A stretch of DNA of 58,173 bases from a virus (lineage: Duplodnaviria > Caudoviricetes): positions 1-58,173 of IMG/VR virus record IMGVR_UViG_3300044723_007112. One strand, written 5' to 3'. The notes under the pieces were generated by a model. The model saw only the letters and a list, made by a program, of their open reading frames with translations. It was not told the DNA's origin and did no database searches. Position 1 is the stretch's first letter, and each line of letters opens with the position of its first letter. Shown here one piece after another: positions 1-11,209 of the stretch. Position numbers and translations under genes: made by a program.

Positions 1-2
1 CT

Positions 3-1586
3 AGGGGTGCAAAAGCGACTCTAAATGTTACGGTTAATCCTGCAGGCTCTCCTTTATCAGTAGTAGTACCAGCTAACACTACATTTACTAGTATTGTTGA
101 TGGGGTGGGTTATACATTCCAGTCTATCAATAGCACTACCTTTAATAGAAGTGATAGTGGTACCTATACTAATAGCATGGTTATTAGAGAAGGCGATCCT
201 GTACAGGAATCTTATACAGTTAGTTCAGTAGCGCCTGTACGTTATTTGCTTAATAATGAAAACTGTGATACCACTAGCCTTAAAGTATCCGTGCAGCAGA
301 GCGTTTCTAACACGGCTGTACAGGTTTATAAGTTAGCAGACGACATAACAACCGTAAATGGAAACTCTGCCGTATACTTCCTTCAAGAGAATAATGACGG
401 CGCTTTCGAAGTATTGTTCGGTGATAACATACTAAGTAAAAAACCATCGGATGGAAATATCGTTAAACTTAATTACAACGTATGTAACGGCCCTACTTTA
501 AACGGTGCTAGAACATTTAGTGGTCCTGCTACAATGGCTGGTAATAGTTCATATACCATTAGTACTACTAGTAGAGCAAGCGGGGGTGCAAATCCTCAGT
601 CTATAGACAGTATTAAGTTTAACGCTCCTAGAAACTACAGTGCCCAAAACCGTGCTGTAACTGCTAACGACTATAAGAACATCCTTTTAAACAATGCACC
701 TGATTTACAGACTATTAGTGTATGGGGTGGCGAACAGAATAGTCCCCCTGTATACGGCAAGGTTTATATCGCAGCTAAGCCTATAGGCAATTCAACTCTT
801 ACCCCCAGTCGCAAACAAGAATTAATAGAATTACTAGATTCTAGAAACGTAATTACTATAGAACCAGTGTTTGTAGATGCTGAGTACCTATATGTCGTTC
901 CTACTGTACAGGTAAGATACAATCCCAACATTACTAGTAAAAATGGGGATACGCTACTCAACCAAGTAAACAGTGTTATGTCTTCTTTTAATATTGATGA
1001 TTTGGGAGTGTTTAACCGCAGCTTCTATCTGTCAGAATTTATTAAGAAGGTTGATGCTATAGATGATAGTGTAATAAACGTATCGGTTACTAATTTAATG
1101 CAGCGGCGTTTTATTCCTAATACAAATTTGAACCAATCATATCAAGTGAAATTCAACAATGCAATATACAACCCACACTCAGGGCACAAGTATGCAATCA
1201 GCAGCAGTGCATTTACCTATCAAGGATTTACTTGTTACTTTGATGATGATGGATCAGGAAGGCTGCGTATTTACAGAATCGCAAGTGGAGCACGAGTATA
1301 CATTAGCAGTAATGCAGGTACCGTGGATTATGCGCGGGGGACTGTGAGAACTAACGCTATAAAATTCACATCATATACGGGCGATGGTATTAAGATAAAC
1401 GCTGTACCTAGAGATCAGGTAGTTAAGTCTGTCAGAAATCAAATTGTACAGCTTGCCGATGCTTCTGTATCGATTATTAACAATAACACAGACTCAGCTG
1501 AAGCACAGTCTAGATCACTGTCATCTACCAATCAAGCAACTGTTTCTAGTGAGACAGGTGTAGTATCAGTATCGTCGACGTACTAA
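3..1586 (+). CDS. gp6: Baseplate wedge subunit gp6 (5'-truncated by the window edge)
   Basis: Frame is open from position 3 (RGAKATLNVTVNP...), upstream of the GTG at 105. Has gp6 motifs FGDNILSKKP, SIKFNAPRNYSAQNRAVTANDY, VWGGEQNSPPVYGKVYI and GTVDYARG. Lies before gp7/gp8. Confidence 0.92.
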   Translation, partial: RGAKATLNVTVNPAGSPLSVVVPANTTFTSIVDGVGYTFQSINSTTFNRSDSGTYTNSMVIREGDPVQESYTVSSVAPVRYLLNNENCDTTSLKVSVQQSVSNTAVQVYKLADDITTVNGNSAVYFLQENNDGAFEVLFGDNILSKKPSDGNIVKLNYNVCNGPTLNGARTFSGPATMAGNSSYTISTTSRASGGANPQSIDSIKFNAPRNYSAQNRAVTANDYKNILLNNAPDLQTISVWGGEQNSPPVYGKVYIAAKPIGNSTLTPSRKQELIELLDSRNVITIEPVFVDAEYLYVVPTVQVRYNPNITSKNGDTLLNQVNSVMSSFNIDDLGVFNRSFYLSEFIKKVDAIDDSVINVSVTNLMQRRFIPNTNLNQSYQVKFNNAIYNPHSGHKYAISSSAFTYQGFTCYFDDDGSGRLRIYRIASGARVYISSNAGTVDYARGTVRTNAIKFTSYTGDGIKINAVPRDQVVKSVRNQIVQLADASVSIINNNTDSAEAQSRSLSSTNQATVSSETGVVSVSSTY

Positions 1587-3836
1587 ATGGCTACCGATAA
1601 TAAAATATCGACATTAATAGAAAGCCAGGTCCCTGGATATCTTTTAGAAGAGGGTCCTAATCTCGTTGCGTTCCTAAAAGCATACTATGAATGGATGGAG
1701 ACTAGTGGTCAGGTTACAGACGCTAGTAAGAATCATTTAACTAACCGTGATATCGATACTACCGATCTTAATAAGTTCTATGAGTATTTCAGACGAGAAG
1801 TATTAGCGGACTTTCCTAAGAATGTACTTGCAGATAAAAGACTAGTCGCAAAACGAATAAAAGATTTGTATCGCGCAAAAGGGAGTGCGGCTGCGTATAA
1901 CCTTTTATTCCGTATTCTGTATGATCAGAATGTATCGATTTATAAGCCTAGCGAAAACATATTGCGAGCGTCTGATGGAAGATGGACTCAAGATACTATT
2001 GTACGTCTAGGTGCTCCTTTTTCTGGTAATCTAGAACTTGCGGTAGGTAAAATAATTACCGGTTCTAATTCCGGTGCTGTCGGTAAGGTATTAAAAGTAC
2101 TTACTGTATTTGAAAGTGGTGTTGAAGTAAAGCAATTAAGAGTTAATGAAGTAACAGGTACGTTTATTGATCTTGAGCAAGTAACTACCCCAGATGGATT
2201 AAGTGGTTTCGTTGTTAATACAGTTGGACCACTTAATGATGTTGAATTTGGTTCGGCTAGTGCATCGGGTGGTATTGGTCACCAGGTAGGTGATAGTGTT
2301 ACTTTCACTAGTGTAACTGGCACAGGGGCAACGGGTGTTGTAGATGCTACTAGTGACGAAGTATTAACATTTGTAATTACAAATGGTGGTAGTGGTTATA
2401 CAGTAGGCGAGAATAGCGTCATTACTATAACCGGTGGATTACCAAAGGGTGGTTTGGTAGGTTCCGCTACAGTATCAGCTATTACAAATACTGAAACTAT
2501 ATTTGCGTACACTGATACTATAGAAGGTCTTTCAGATACACCGATTGAATATGGTACCACATATAGTTCAAACTCTGGTGTTATCAGTTCCAATCTCGCA
2601 TCGTCTAATGCATATACTGCGCTAAGCGCGGCATTAGGAACACTAGAGTTAGTAACCGGTAAAATAAGCGCGCTAACAGTAATTACCGGTAACTACGCTA
2701 ATAATTCTATACCAACTGTAACAGCAGAAGAAGTAAGAGTGTCAGCACTTGATATTCCAGATGGATTAGGTGGCTTTAAAGGACGCAATGCTATTATTAC
2801 ACCTGCCTTTGTTCCAGGATCTATTACAGATGTCACCGTAACAAATAGGGGAAGACTTTATAATGCAATTAATGCAGTTACAGTAACCAACAATACAAGA
2901 TCAGGTACCACTGCTGCAATAGGCGATCCAGTTATAACCGGTGTTATTGAAGAGCAGGGAAGCTACAAAGACTCAAAGGGTTTCTTGAGTTGGGATCAAA
3001 GATTACAAGACAACTACTACTATCAAGAATTTAGTTACGTAATCAGATCACAAAAAGCGTTAAAGACATACCAAAACATAGTACGTGATGTAATTCATCC
3101 AGCTGGTACCGCATTGTTTGGTCAGATTGATATTGAAACTGAAGCTGATCTAACTGGCCTAGAGGTCGAGACTCTGGTTTCTACTGATTTGATTGGTGGT
3201 AAAGATGGTATCACGGTAGGATCATTGACGACTACGTTTGGTTTAATTACTCAAATAGATCGTACGCTACCGGTAGAATCTCTAACCAGTACTATTACAA
3301 TACCGACACACAGTGTACAATATGAGATTAACCCAACAACATTTACAGATGGTCAAGACTTCTCTACAGATGCAGTTATAAGTCGTGATTCTATACTGAC
3401 GTCCATCACTCCTACTACTGCCGTATCAACAGACACTATACTGTCTAGAGATATGTTTGCTACGTCAATTGCTTCTACGTTGACTGTAAACGAGCCTGCT
3501 GAAGATGTATACTTGCTAGCAGATGGATTCATTTACGTATCCAACACAAATACAATTCAAACATACCTTGGTCAACCAATTACTCAATACCTAGACGATC
3601 CTGTAATCCTCGGTACGCCGTTTGTTGTACAGGGTGATGGTAGCGTAGCATTCTCTACCATCGTTAAGGGTGGATCGCAGATAGAAATTGAAGATAGAAT
3701 ACCAGGTACGTCTGGCAACACGACATATATAGTTAATACTGTATTCAGTAACACTACGTTCACAATCAATACTGAATTTGCCGGCGAAGCAATGTCTAAC
3801 GGTGTATTCAGATATATCTACGATGGTAACATTTAA
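1587..3836 (+). CDS. gp7: Baseplate wedge initiator gp7-like protein (749 aa)
   Basis: N-terminal FLKAYYEWME...IKDLYRAKGS...LLFRILY and internal GFLSWDQRLQDNYYYQEFSYVI...VIHPAG are typical of gp7 in marine T4-like phages. Sits between gp6 and gp8. Confidence 0.8.
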   Translation: MATDNKISTLIESQVPGYLLEEGPNLVAFLKAYYEWMETSGQVTDASKNHLTNRDIDTTDLNKFYEYFRREVLADFPKNVLADKRLVAKRIKDLYRAKGSAAAYNLLFRILYDQNVSIYKPSENILRASDGRWTQDTIVRLGAPFSGNLELAVGKIITGSNSGAVGKVLKVLTVFESGVEVKQLRVNEVTGTFIDLEQVTTPDGLSGFVVNTVGPLNDVEFGSASASGGIGHQVGDSVTFTSVTGTGATGVVDATSDEVLTFVITNGGSGYTVGENSVITITGGLPKGGLVGSATVSAITNTETIFAYTDTIEGLSDTPIEYGTTYSSNSGVISSNLASSNAYTALSAALGTLELVTGKISALTVITGNYANNSIPTVTAEEVRVSALDIPDGLGGFKGRNAIITPAFVPGSITDVTVTNRGRLYNAINAVTVTNNTRSGTTAAIGDPVITGVIEEQGSYKDSKGFLSWDQRLQDNYYYQEFSYVIRSQKALKTYQNIVRDVIHPAGTALFGQIDIETEADLTGLEVETLVSTDLIGGKDGITVGSLTTTFGLITQIDRTLPVESLTSTITIPTHSVQYEINPTTFTDGQDFSTDAVISRDSILTSITPTTAVSTDTILSRDMFATSIASTLTVNEPAEDVYLLADGFIYVSNTNTIQTYLGQPITQYLDDPVILGTPFVVQGDGSVAFSTIVKGGSQIEIEDRIPGTSGNTTYIVNTVFSNTTFTINTEFAGEAMSNGVFRYIYDGNI

Positions 3837-3838
3837 CA

Positions 3839-5374
3839 ATGGCTATCACTACTAGCAAAAAATTTAACGTGCATGCTGCTACGCAGTTTAAAGAAGGGTT
3901 TGACGAATCTGATCCTTCACAAATGTATTTGTTCTACTCTAGAATTGATCCTTGGGGATCAGAATCTAGTCCTCCTGCTATCGAAGATACGGTGTTTGCC
4001 GAGAGAGATGTTTGGAGGGGGATGACCGCGTTAAAGAAGGTATCTAATAATAATGTTACCATGGCCGTGTCCAAGTATCTTTGGACTACTAACACTATGT
4101 ATACAGAGTATAGTGACACCAATGTCAACCTTGCAACCAGCAACTTCTATGTAATCACAAGCAACAACGAAGTATACAAATGTTTATTTAACGCCGATGG
4201 TGTACCAAGTACAGTTAGTCCGACTGGAAGATCAACATCTGTTATCACTACCAGTGATGGATATAAGTGGAAGTTCATGTATGACATTAGCCAAGCTGAT
4301 ATGAATCGGTTTGGTGGAGTCAATCATATACCGGTAAAAACTATTGCCTCGGACGACGGAAGTGCTCAATGGAACGTGCAGCAAGCAGCTGCCAATGGTT
4401 CTGTACCAATATTTGAAGTAACAAGCGGTGGAAGTGGTTACCTTCAAAATAAAGGTACTATTGCTGGAGTGACAAGTACCACTCAGTTAACTATTGCTAA
4501 TAATGCATCGGGTACTGATAATGTATACAACGGTTCTACTATTTTTATCTCCAATGGTCTTGGCGCTGGCCAGCTAAGAATAATCACTGGATACAATGCT
4601 ACAACCAAACTACTGACAGTTAATAATGCATTTACAGTATCACCTAACACCTCCAGTACTTACCACATTGGACCTCGGATAAATATAGTTGGAGATGGTA
4701 ATGGGGCATCCGCGTACGCTAATGTACAATCTGGTGCAATAACCAAGATTACTGGAATTAATGAAGGGACTAGTTACTCTAGGGCTAGTGTATTAATCAC
4801 GGCTAACCCTGTCTATGGATCGGGTGCTAGTGCAGTTGCTTATCTTCCTGGACTAGGTGGCCACGGATCTGATCCAGTGAATGAATTGTTTGCTACCAAT
4901 GTTACTATGAATATTGAGGTTGATGGGGACGAAGCAGGTTTCTTTCATGCCAATAACCAGTTTAGAATATACGGAATAATTAAAGACCCCACCCAACGGT
5001 CTACGGGAGGAGTAGCTAGCAACCTACGTTACGATCAGACAACTAGATTGACGCTAAATAGCATTTCCGATACTTTTGTTGAAGATGAATTTGTAACAGG
5101 TGCTACAAGCGGTGCTAAGGGTAGGGTAGTTTATTTTGCAAATACCAATGCTACAAGTACAGCTGGTGTACTTCATTTGACCTATCCTAATGGAAATTTT
5201 GCTAATGGGGAAAACCTTTCAGCAAACAACTCAGGAGTAACCGCTGTTGTACAAGGAATTACCAAGCCAGATCTGGTACCTTATTCCGGCCAGATGATTT
5301 ATACAGTAACACAAGCACCTATAGAAAGAGATATAGCTCAAACAGAAAACTTTACTATTACAGTTAAGTTTTGA
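3839..5374 (+). CDS. gp8: Baseplate wedge subunit gp8 (511 aa)
   Basis: Motifs FYVITSNNEVYKCLFN, SDGYKWKFMY, GGHGSDPVNEL and C-terminal PIERDIAQTENFTITVKF. Confidence 0.9.
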   Translation: MAITTSKKFNVHAATQFKEGFDESDPSQMYLFYSRIDPWGSESSPPAIEDTVFAERDVWRGMTALKKVSNNNVTMAVSKYLWTTNTMYTEYSDTNVNLATSNFYVITSNNEVYKCLFNADGVPSTVSPTGRSTSVITTSDGYKWKFMYDISQADMNRFGGVNHIPVKTIASDDGSAQWNVQQAAANGSVPIFEVTSGGSGYLQNKGTIAGVTSTTQLTIANNASGTDNVYNGSTIFISNGLGAGQLRIITGYNATTKLLTVNNAFTVSPNTSSTYHIGPRINIVGDGNGASAYANVQSGAITKITGINEGTSYSRASVLITANPVYGSGASAVAYLPGLGGHGSDPVNELFATNVTMNIEVDGDEAGFFHANNQFRIYGIIKDPTQRSTGGVASNLRYDQTTRLTLNSISDTFVEDEFVTGATSGAKGRVVYFANTNATSTAGVLHLTYPNGNFANGENLSANNSGVTAVVQGITKPDLVPYSGQMIYTVTQAPIERDIAQTENFTITVKF

Positions 5375-5389
5375 TAAAGAGAAACAGAT

Positions 5390-8300
5390 ATGACTGCTAA
5401 CAACAATCTTACGACTAACTTTAACGTAGATCCATACTACGATGATTACGATGAAACTAAAAACTTTCATCGGATTTTGTATCGTCCTGGATTTGCAGTT
5501 CAAGCTAGAGAGCTAACTCAGCAACAGTCTATCTTGCAAAATCAAATCCACCGTTTTGGTAACCATATCTTTAAAGATGGTTCACAGGTCAGTGGTTCAA
5601 CAGAGATACTAGACCAAGTAGGTGTTTTAAGACTGAAGAGCTCTTATGGTGGTGTAGCAATTGATGTAACTAGTTTTGAAGGAAAGTATGCTAGAAGTCG
5701 TAATTCACAGGATTTGTTTTACGTTAAAAAAGCAGTGCCTGCTGCTGGTGGTGACTCGGATCTAATTTACGTTCAGTATTTACAGAGTGCTAACACTACA
5801 TCTAATTCTTCTATCTACTATTCTATTGTAGCTAATAATGAGGTTATAGATTTTAGCTCATCGTACATTAATAGTAACACCGGTTTATTCTTCTCTAACA
5901 CAGGTGCCGCTCAAGTACTGTCTACAGTAGAGAGCTCTGTTGCCAAAAGACCGGTGACTAGAGGTTTCTTGTATTCTGTAGATGAGTCAGTTTATTACCA
6001 TAAAGGACTGTTTATTAGAGCTCCTAAGCAGACTGTTGCAGTTGCTGCAAATATAGAGCATATAGTAAGTGTTGGATTTACATCTTCGGAAACTTTAATT
6101 ACCAGTGATATTGACAGTACATTAACAGATCCTGCAAGGGGGAGCTACAACTATGCTGCTCCTGGTGCAGACAGGTTGAAGGTAGAACTAACGGTTACTG
6201 CTAAACCGCTTTCATCTCTTGATGCGCCACCGTTAACTTCAAACAACTACTTTGAAGTAGCTAGAATTAAGGATGGACAATTTATCCGCAAACGGCCTGC
6301 TCCGGATTATAACACTCTTGCAGATGTGTTAGCAAAGAGAACTTACGAAGAGTCCGGAAACTACACAGTTGAAGGCCTCAAGATTTCTATTTCTAATACT
6401 GCGGCTACTACTGCTAATCTTGTTGCAAGATTATCACCTGGAACTGCTTACATAAAAGGGTACAGGGTTAGAAACGGTTCTAACATTACTGTTCCTGTTC
6501 CTAAATCCCGAGCAATCGACACGGTTACCGAACAAAAAATTACTACTCTTTATGGAAACTACTTAGTAGCCAACACTCTATCTAATGGGTTGATCGATAT
6601 AGACGATAGAGTAGAACTACACTCGAGATTAGTTCCAGATACGGATTCCAAAGTTGGTGAAGCTCATATACGAAATTTAGAGTTTCTTTCCGGAACTAGC
6701 GATCAAAGAAAGTACAAGTTGTTCCTATACGATACTAAAATTACTGTCAGTGCAAATAACTTTAATTCTATAAAAAGTGTAAGAGTAGCTTCAAGCAATG
6801 CATATGCTGCAGTTCATTCTGACAGTATTACCACTTTTGTTAAAACCGGTACAACCGTATCAGGTAGTGCAGAAGTTAGATTACAGAGTATAGCTGGTGT
6901 TAAAGTTGGTCAGATAGTTACCGGTTCTGGAATACCTGCTGGCACTCTTGTACAATCCATTTTGTTTGATACTATTACCTTAAATAATAATGCTACTGGC
7001 AGTGCGACTACTGATCTTACTTTTAGAAGTGTAAATTTATCTGATCAAGAATTTAACAGAAGTTTGTTTCTGTTTCCTCATACCCACGTAGCAAACACCA
7101 GTAACGTCGATTACAAGTTTAAGCGAAAGTTTTCTGATGTTTCGTTTACTGGTGGATCTGCTACAATTCAGACTTTAGGAGGTTCAGAAAGATTTTCATC
7201 TGGTACGGGCAGCCTTGCAACTGAAAATTTTGTTGTAGTAATTAAAACTGGCGGTGTCGGAACTATATCAACTGGCGAAAACGTTGACATGGAGGCCTCC
7301 GGCCGGTCTGTTACAACACCAACAGCTACACCTGGTAACCCAGCGTCAGCTACAATTGATGTAAATGAAGCTTCGTTTACTGGTACTGCAGACATCTACG
7401 CCACAATAGATGTTACAGCCGATACTAGACGAGTAAAAACCAGAACCAATGCAACCAAAACGTATGCACTTGGATATCCTGCTTCAGCCAATTCTCTTTC
7501 TCTAGGGTACGCTGACGTAATAAAAATAAACGCTATCTATGAGGGTAACTCAACATTTGTATCTTCTAACACAGGTCAAGTTATTCCAGCTAACAATAGT
7601 GCTACTACGACGATACAAGATGTTACTAACAACTTTAACTTTGATCCTAACGCCCGTGATACGTACTATGATCATTCAACTCTTACACTAAAGCCAGGGC
7701 TGTCTGCAAGCACAAACCAAATTTTAGTAGACTTTGACTACTATGCGCACGGTGGTGGTTTAGGCTTCTTTTCACAGGCAAGCTATCCCGACTATAACAA
7801 TATTCCATACTACAGGGATGAAAAAGGACGTACGGTTGCTCTAAGAGACGCTTTAGATTTTAGACCTACTAGAACGGCTGATGCAAGTGCTAATTACTAT
7901 CACTCTACAAAGACCTTTGACAATCATCAAATTGTTGATTCTCAAACATTTGAAGCAGAAGCTAATTACAGCTATTACAAGAAAATAGTACATAAACTTT
8001 CTTTGGACGCTGGGGGCAACTTTGTTCTTACCTCCGGAACTCCATCCTTAAACAATCCTATAATTCCAGATACTGATAAAGATCAATTGCTTTTGGCAAC
8101 TATCTTTGTAAATCCTTATACGTACAGTGAAAAAGATTTAAGGATAAGGCTAGAAGACAATTCTCGATACACAATGAAGGACATTGGTAATATTGAAAAG
8201 AGAGTAGAAAAACTCGAGTATTATACTTCGCTGAACTTGCTTGAATCTCAAGTTGCAAGTACTCAGTTTCTTGATAATAACGGAGATGCCAGGTATAAGA

Positions 8301-10987
8301 ACGGTTTTGTAGTTGATCCATTTAAGGGACATTCAGTAGGTAATGTTTTTGATAAAAACTACAAGGCGTCTATCGATAGGCGCCGACAGATTATGCGTCC
8401 TACCTTTACTGGGGATTCTACTGAGCTGGTTCCTCAAACCGGGGGTGGTCTCAGTATAAACAATAAAATTGTCACGCTTCCGTTCTCAGAGATAAATTTT
8501 GTTTCTCAAGAATTAGCTTCTGATACTTTAAATGTGAATCCATTTCAAGTTGTTTCTTTTACTGGTAATGTGTTTTTAGACCCATCATCAGACTCCTGGA
8601 CTGATAAAAATAAAGTGAGTGTAACTGTCGACTCAGACGGTAACCTTGCCCACTTTAAATATCTTCAAGATATTATAGCTGGGTCTAACGGTTATGAATA
8701 TGGAGACTGGCAACCGGTCACTCAGGGTCCAATAGAAATAGTAAAAGTAGAGGGTTCGTACGCCGGTACTAATGATAACACTGCGGTAGATGGTCCAGGA
8801 GTTTGGGCATCTCAAATTACTACTACTGGACACCGAAGTGCTACTAAGTTGTCTATACAAACCAGTGAAGACCCTTCCACAAGTACTAAACTCACAGACA
8901 GCGTTTTTTATACCCACATGCGAACTCGTAAAGTAAATTTTACGGTAGAGGGAGCCAAACCTAATACTAAGTTACATCTTTTCTTGGGTGGGATTGATTG
9001 CACTGACTGGATGGCGCCAAATACTTTTAGCTCAACTAGAGCAGAACAAGTCCTGTACGGTGATATGACAGCCCGGGAAGTAATTACAGACAGCTTTGGC
9101 GCTGTCAGTGGTTATTTTTGGGTTCCTAATACAAGGCAAGTTTTAAGTGCTTCTGCTTATTCTGCAAATCCTAATGCTACTGTGCTGTCCGATCTATCAA
9201 ATACTAAAGGTGATAGTCTTAGATTTGAAGCTGGTACTATAGAAGTTTTGTTTGTTGACAACTTTATAAATCCTAAGTTCTCAACTTCATATGCTTCTAC
9301 TACATTCAGCTCTCGAGGCACCATAGACACATATACTACTACCACAACCATGACTAAGCGTTATGAGTTAATAAGAACGCCACAGGGATTTGTACCAGGT
9401 GATTCTGTAACAGAGGTAGGATATTTTCTTACTACCAGAGACACCTTGGCCTCGGCGATAGCAGATGTTGAAGCCACTATAGGTAGATCACTTACAGCTG
9501 GTGAAACTTCCATAGGTGATTTTATTACTTCTCAGTACGAGCAGAGAATTGGAAGACGGCCTGAGATTACAGGCTGGAAATACTGGCTTTTGGAATACAT
9601 CAATGGCAGTTTTGATACTGCTCTTGATCTTGCTGTAGCAATTACTACAGCAGCCACCGTTAACCGTGGACAATCACAGGTACATGGAGATGGTAGTAAC
9701 CCTAATATTATTTGTCAATACGGTTACGATCCATTAGCACAAACCTTTACTATACCAGAAGAATTTTATCCTGATGGTATTTTTATAAGCTCCGCAGATA
9801 TCTTTATAGCACAAAAAGATAGCACTTTGCCTTTGCGGGTAGAGTTGCGGCCTACGGTAAACGGTTTCCCTAGTGCTGATGAAGCTATTCCCATGTCTCA
9901 AGTTGTATTAAATCCGAGCCAGATAAATGCTAATGCTACCACTCCAACTGCCACTAACGTTGCGTTCAAATGTCCTATACATCTGACTCCAGGTGAATAC
10001 TGCATCGTGCTACTTTCAGATTCACTTAACTATCTTACTTATATTGCAACAATAGGTGAAGAGAGATTAGATGGCACTGGGTTTGTTACTGAGCAGCCTA
10101 CGTTAGGTTCTTTGTTTAAGTCTCAGAACGCAAGAACTTGGACTGCCCAACAAGAGTCTGATTTGTGCTTTAGGTTAAAGCAAGCTCAATTTACTATTAA
10201 CACTAACTATGATCTAACTCTATCAGCCAATAACATTGGACGTGCCGCATATAGCGCCAATACATTGTATGCTAACACCGTTGGTCAGTTTGATATAGCT
10301 AATATATCAATGTCTAAGTTTGACGCCCTACGAAGTTTTAATTCCGTGTATGAACTATCTACTAAAGATGAAGGGGGAGCAATACAGCCATTTGATAGAG
10401 TTATACCAAACCAAGATTTGATCTTTAGCACTCCGAAGGAGATTACTACAAACAGCGACCTTCGATTAAAGGTTACATTTAGAACCAGTGATACTAATGT
10501 TTCACCATACTTTGATATAGGTTCTGCAGGAATTTCTTTAATTAAAAATGTAATCAACGCGCCTCCTACAGGTGGAGAAGTTGCTGAAACTGAACCTACG
10601 GATAGCCACGCACTTGCAAAATATATTACTAGAAAGGTTACTTTGGCAGAAGGTCTAGAAGCCAATAGTCTCAAAGTATTTGTGGATCAAAATATGCCTT
10701 CGGGTGCATCAGTTGAAGTATATTATCGAGTTATAAATAGTGATGACAATAGTAATTTTGAAGAAAGACCATATGTTTTGATGTCTAGGCGGCAACCAAC
10801 TGTTACTGTTAATCAGTCGGTTGCATTGTTTAATGAGTACGAATATTATGCGGATGACATCTCGTACACTAGCGGTTCTGTTACGTATGATAACTTTACC
10901 ACTTTTAGCATTAAAATCGTAATGTACTCGACGTCATCTGCGGCAGTACCTTCGTTCCGTAACTTCAGAGCAATAGCATTATCATGA
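5390..10987 (+). CDS. Large virion structural protein, VrlC/DUF4815-like (1865 aa)
   Basis: Motifs NFNVDPYYDDYDE...LYRPGFAVQARELTQQQSILQNQI, APGADRLK, RTYEESGNY, YTMKDIGNIEKRVEKLEYYTSL, DPLAQTF and GSLFKSQNARTW. This is its usual position after gp8. Confidence 0.85.
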   Translation: MTANNNLTTNFNVDPYYDDYDETKNFHRILYRPGFAVQARELTQQQSILQNQIHRFGNHIFKDGSQVSGSTEILDQVGVLRLKSSYGGVAIDVTSFEGKYARSRNSQDLFYVKKAVPAAGGDSDLIYVQYLQSANTTSNSSIYYSIVANNEVIDFSSSYINSNTGLFFSNTGAAQVLSTVESSVAKRPVTRGFLYSVDESVYYHKGLFIRAPKQTVAVAANIEHIVSVGFTSSETLITSDIDSTLTDPARGSYNYAAPGADRLKVELTVTAKPLSSLDAPPLTSNNYFEVARIKDGQFIRKRPAPDYNTLADVLAKRTYEESGNYTVEGLKISISNTAATTANLVARLSPGTAYIKGYRVRNGSNITVPVPKSRAIDTVTEQKITTLYGNYLVANTLSNGLIDIDDRVELHSRLVPDTDSKVGEAHIRNLEFLSGTSDQRKYKLFLYDTKITVSANNFNSIKSVRVASSNAYAAVHSDSITTFVKTGTTVSGSAEVRLQSIAGVKVGQIVTGSGIPAGTLVQSILFDTITLNNNATGSATTDLTFRSVNLSDQEFNRSLFLFPHTHVANTSNVDYKFKRKFSDVSFTGGSATIQTLGGSERFSSGTGSLATENFVVVIKTGGVGTISTGENVDMEASGRSVTTPTATPGNPASATIDVNEASFTGTADIYATIDVTADTRRVKTRTNATKTYALGYPASANSLSLGYADVIKINAIYEGNSTFVSSNTGQVIPANNSATTTIQDVTNNFNFDPNARDTYYDHSTLTLKPGLSASTNQILVDFDYYAHGGGLGFFSQASYPDYNNIPYYRDEKGRTVALRDALDFRPTRTADASANYYHSTKTFDNHQIVDSQTFEAEANYSYYKKIVHKLSLDAGGNFVLTSGTPSLNNPIIPDTDKDQLLLATIFVNPYTYSEKDLRIRLEDNSRYTMKDIGNIEKRVEKLEYYTSLNLLESQVASTQFLDNNGDARYKNGFVVDPFKGHSVGNVFDKNYKASIDRRRQIMRPTFTGDSTELVPQTGGGLSINNKIVTLPFSEINFVSQELASDTLNVNPFQVVSFTGNVFLDPSSDSWTDKNKVSVTVDSDGNLAHFKYLQDIIAGSNGYEYGDWQPVTQGPIEIVKVEGSYAGTNDNTAVDGPGVWASQITTTGHRSATKLSIQTSEDPSTSTKLTDSVFYTHMRTRKVNFTVEGAKPNTKLHLFLGGIDCTDWMAPNTFSSTRAEQVLYGDMTAREVITDSFGAVSGYFWVPNTRQVLSASAYSANPNATVLSDLSNTKGDSLRFEAGTIEVLFVDNFINPKFSTSYASTTFSSRGTIDTYTTTTTMTKRYELIRTPQGFVPGDSVTEVGYFLTTRDTLASAIADVEATIGRSLTAGETSIGDFITSQYEQRIGRRPEITGWKYWLLEYINGSFDTALDLAVAITTAATVNRGQSQVHGDGSNPNIICQYGYDPLAQTFTIPEEFYPDGIFISSADIFIAQKDSTLPLRVELRPTVNGFPSADEAIPMSQVVLNPSQINANATTPTATNVAFKCPIHLTPGEYCIVLLSDSLNYLTYIATIGEERLDGTGFVTEQPTLGSLFKSQNARTWTAQQESDLCFRLKQAQFTINTNYDLTLSANNIGRAAYSANTLYANTVGQFDIANISMSKFDALRSFNSVYELSTKDEGGAIQPFDRVIPNQDLIFSTPKEITTNSDLRLKVTFRTSDTNVSPYFDIGSAGISLIKNVINAPPTGGEVAETEPTDSHALAKYITRKVTLAEGLEANSLKVFVDQNMPSGASVEVYYRVINSDDNSNFEERPYVLMSRRQPTVTVNQSVALFNEYEYYADDISYTSGSVTYDNFTTFSIKIVMYSTSSAAVPSFRNFRAIALS

Positions 10988-11196
10988 CAGACATGCTTAA
11001 AGTGAAGGATCATGAAAATCTTCGAAGAGATTCATTTAATAATGCTGTTATTAATATAGACAAACAAGAATATGTTGCTAGTATAAAAAGAAGGCAAAGA
11101 TCTGAACGAGTAGAATATCTCGAGCAAAAGGTTTCTGACCTTCAAAACGATATCCAAGACATTAAGCAGATGTTGCAGCAATTGGTGTCGAAGTAG
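10984..11196 (+). CDS. Small coiled-coil protein typically following the VrlC-like gene
   Basis: ATGA overlap with the upstream stop. KVKDHENLRRD...AVIN motif and a C-terminal heptad pattern. Confidence 0.75.
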   Translation: MTDMLKVKDHENLRRDSFNNAVINIDKQEYVASIKRRQRSERVEYLEQKVSDLQNDIQDIKQMLQQLVSK

Positions 11197-11209
11197 ATAG
11201 AGGCTTAGA

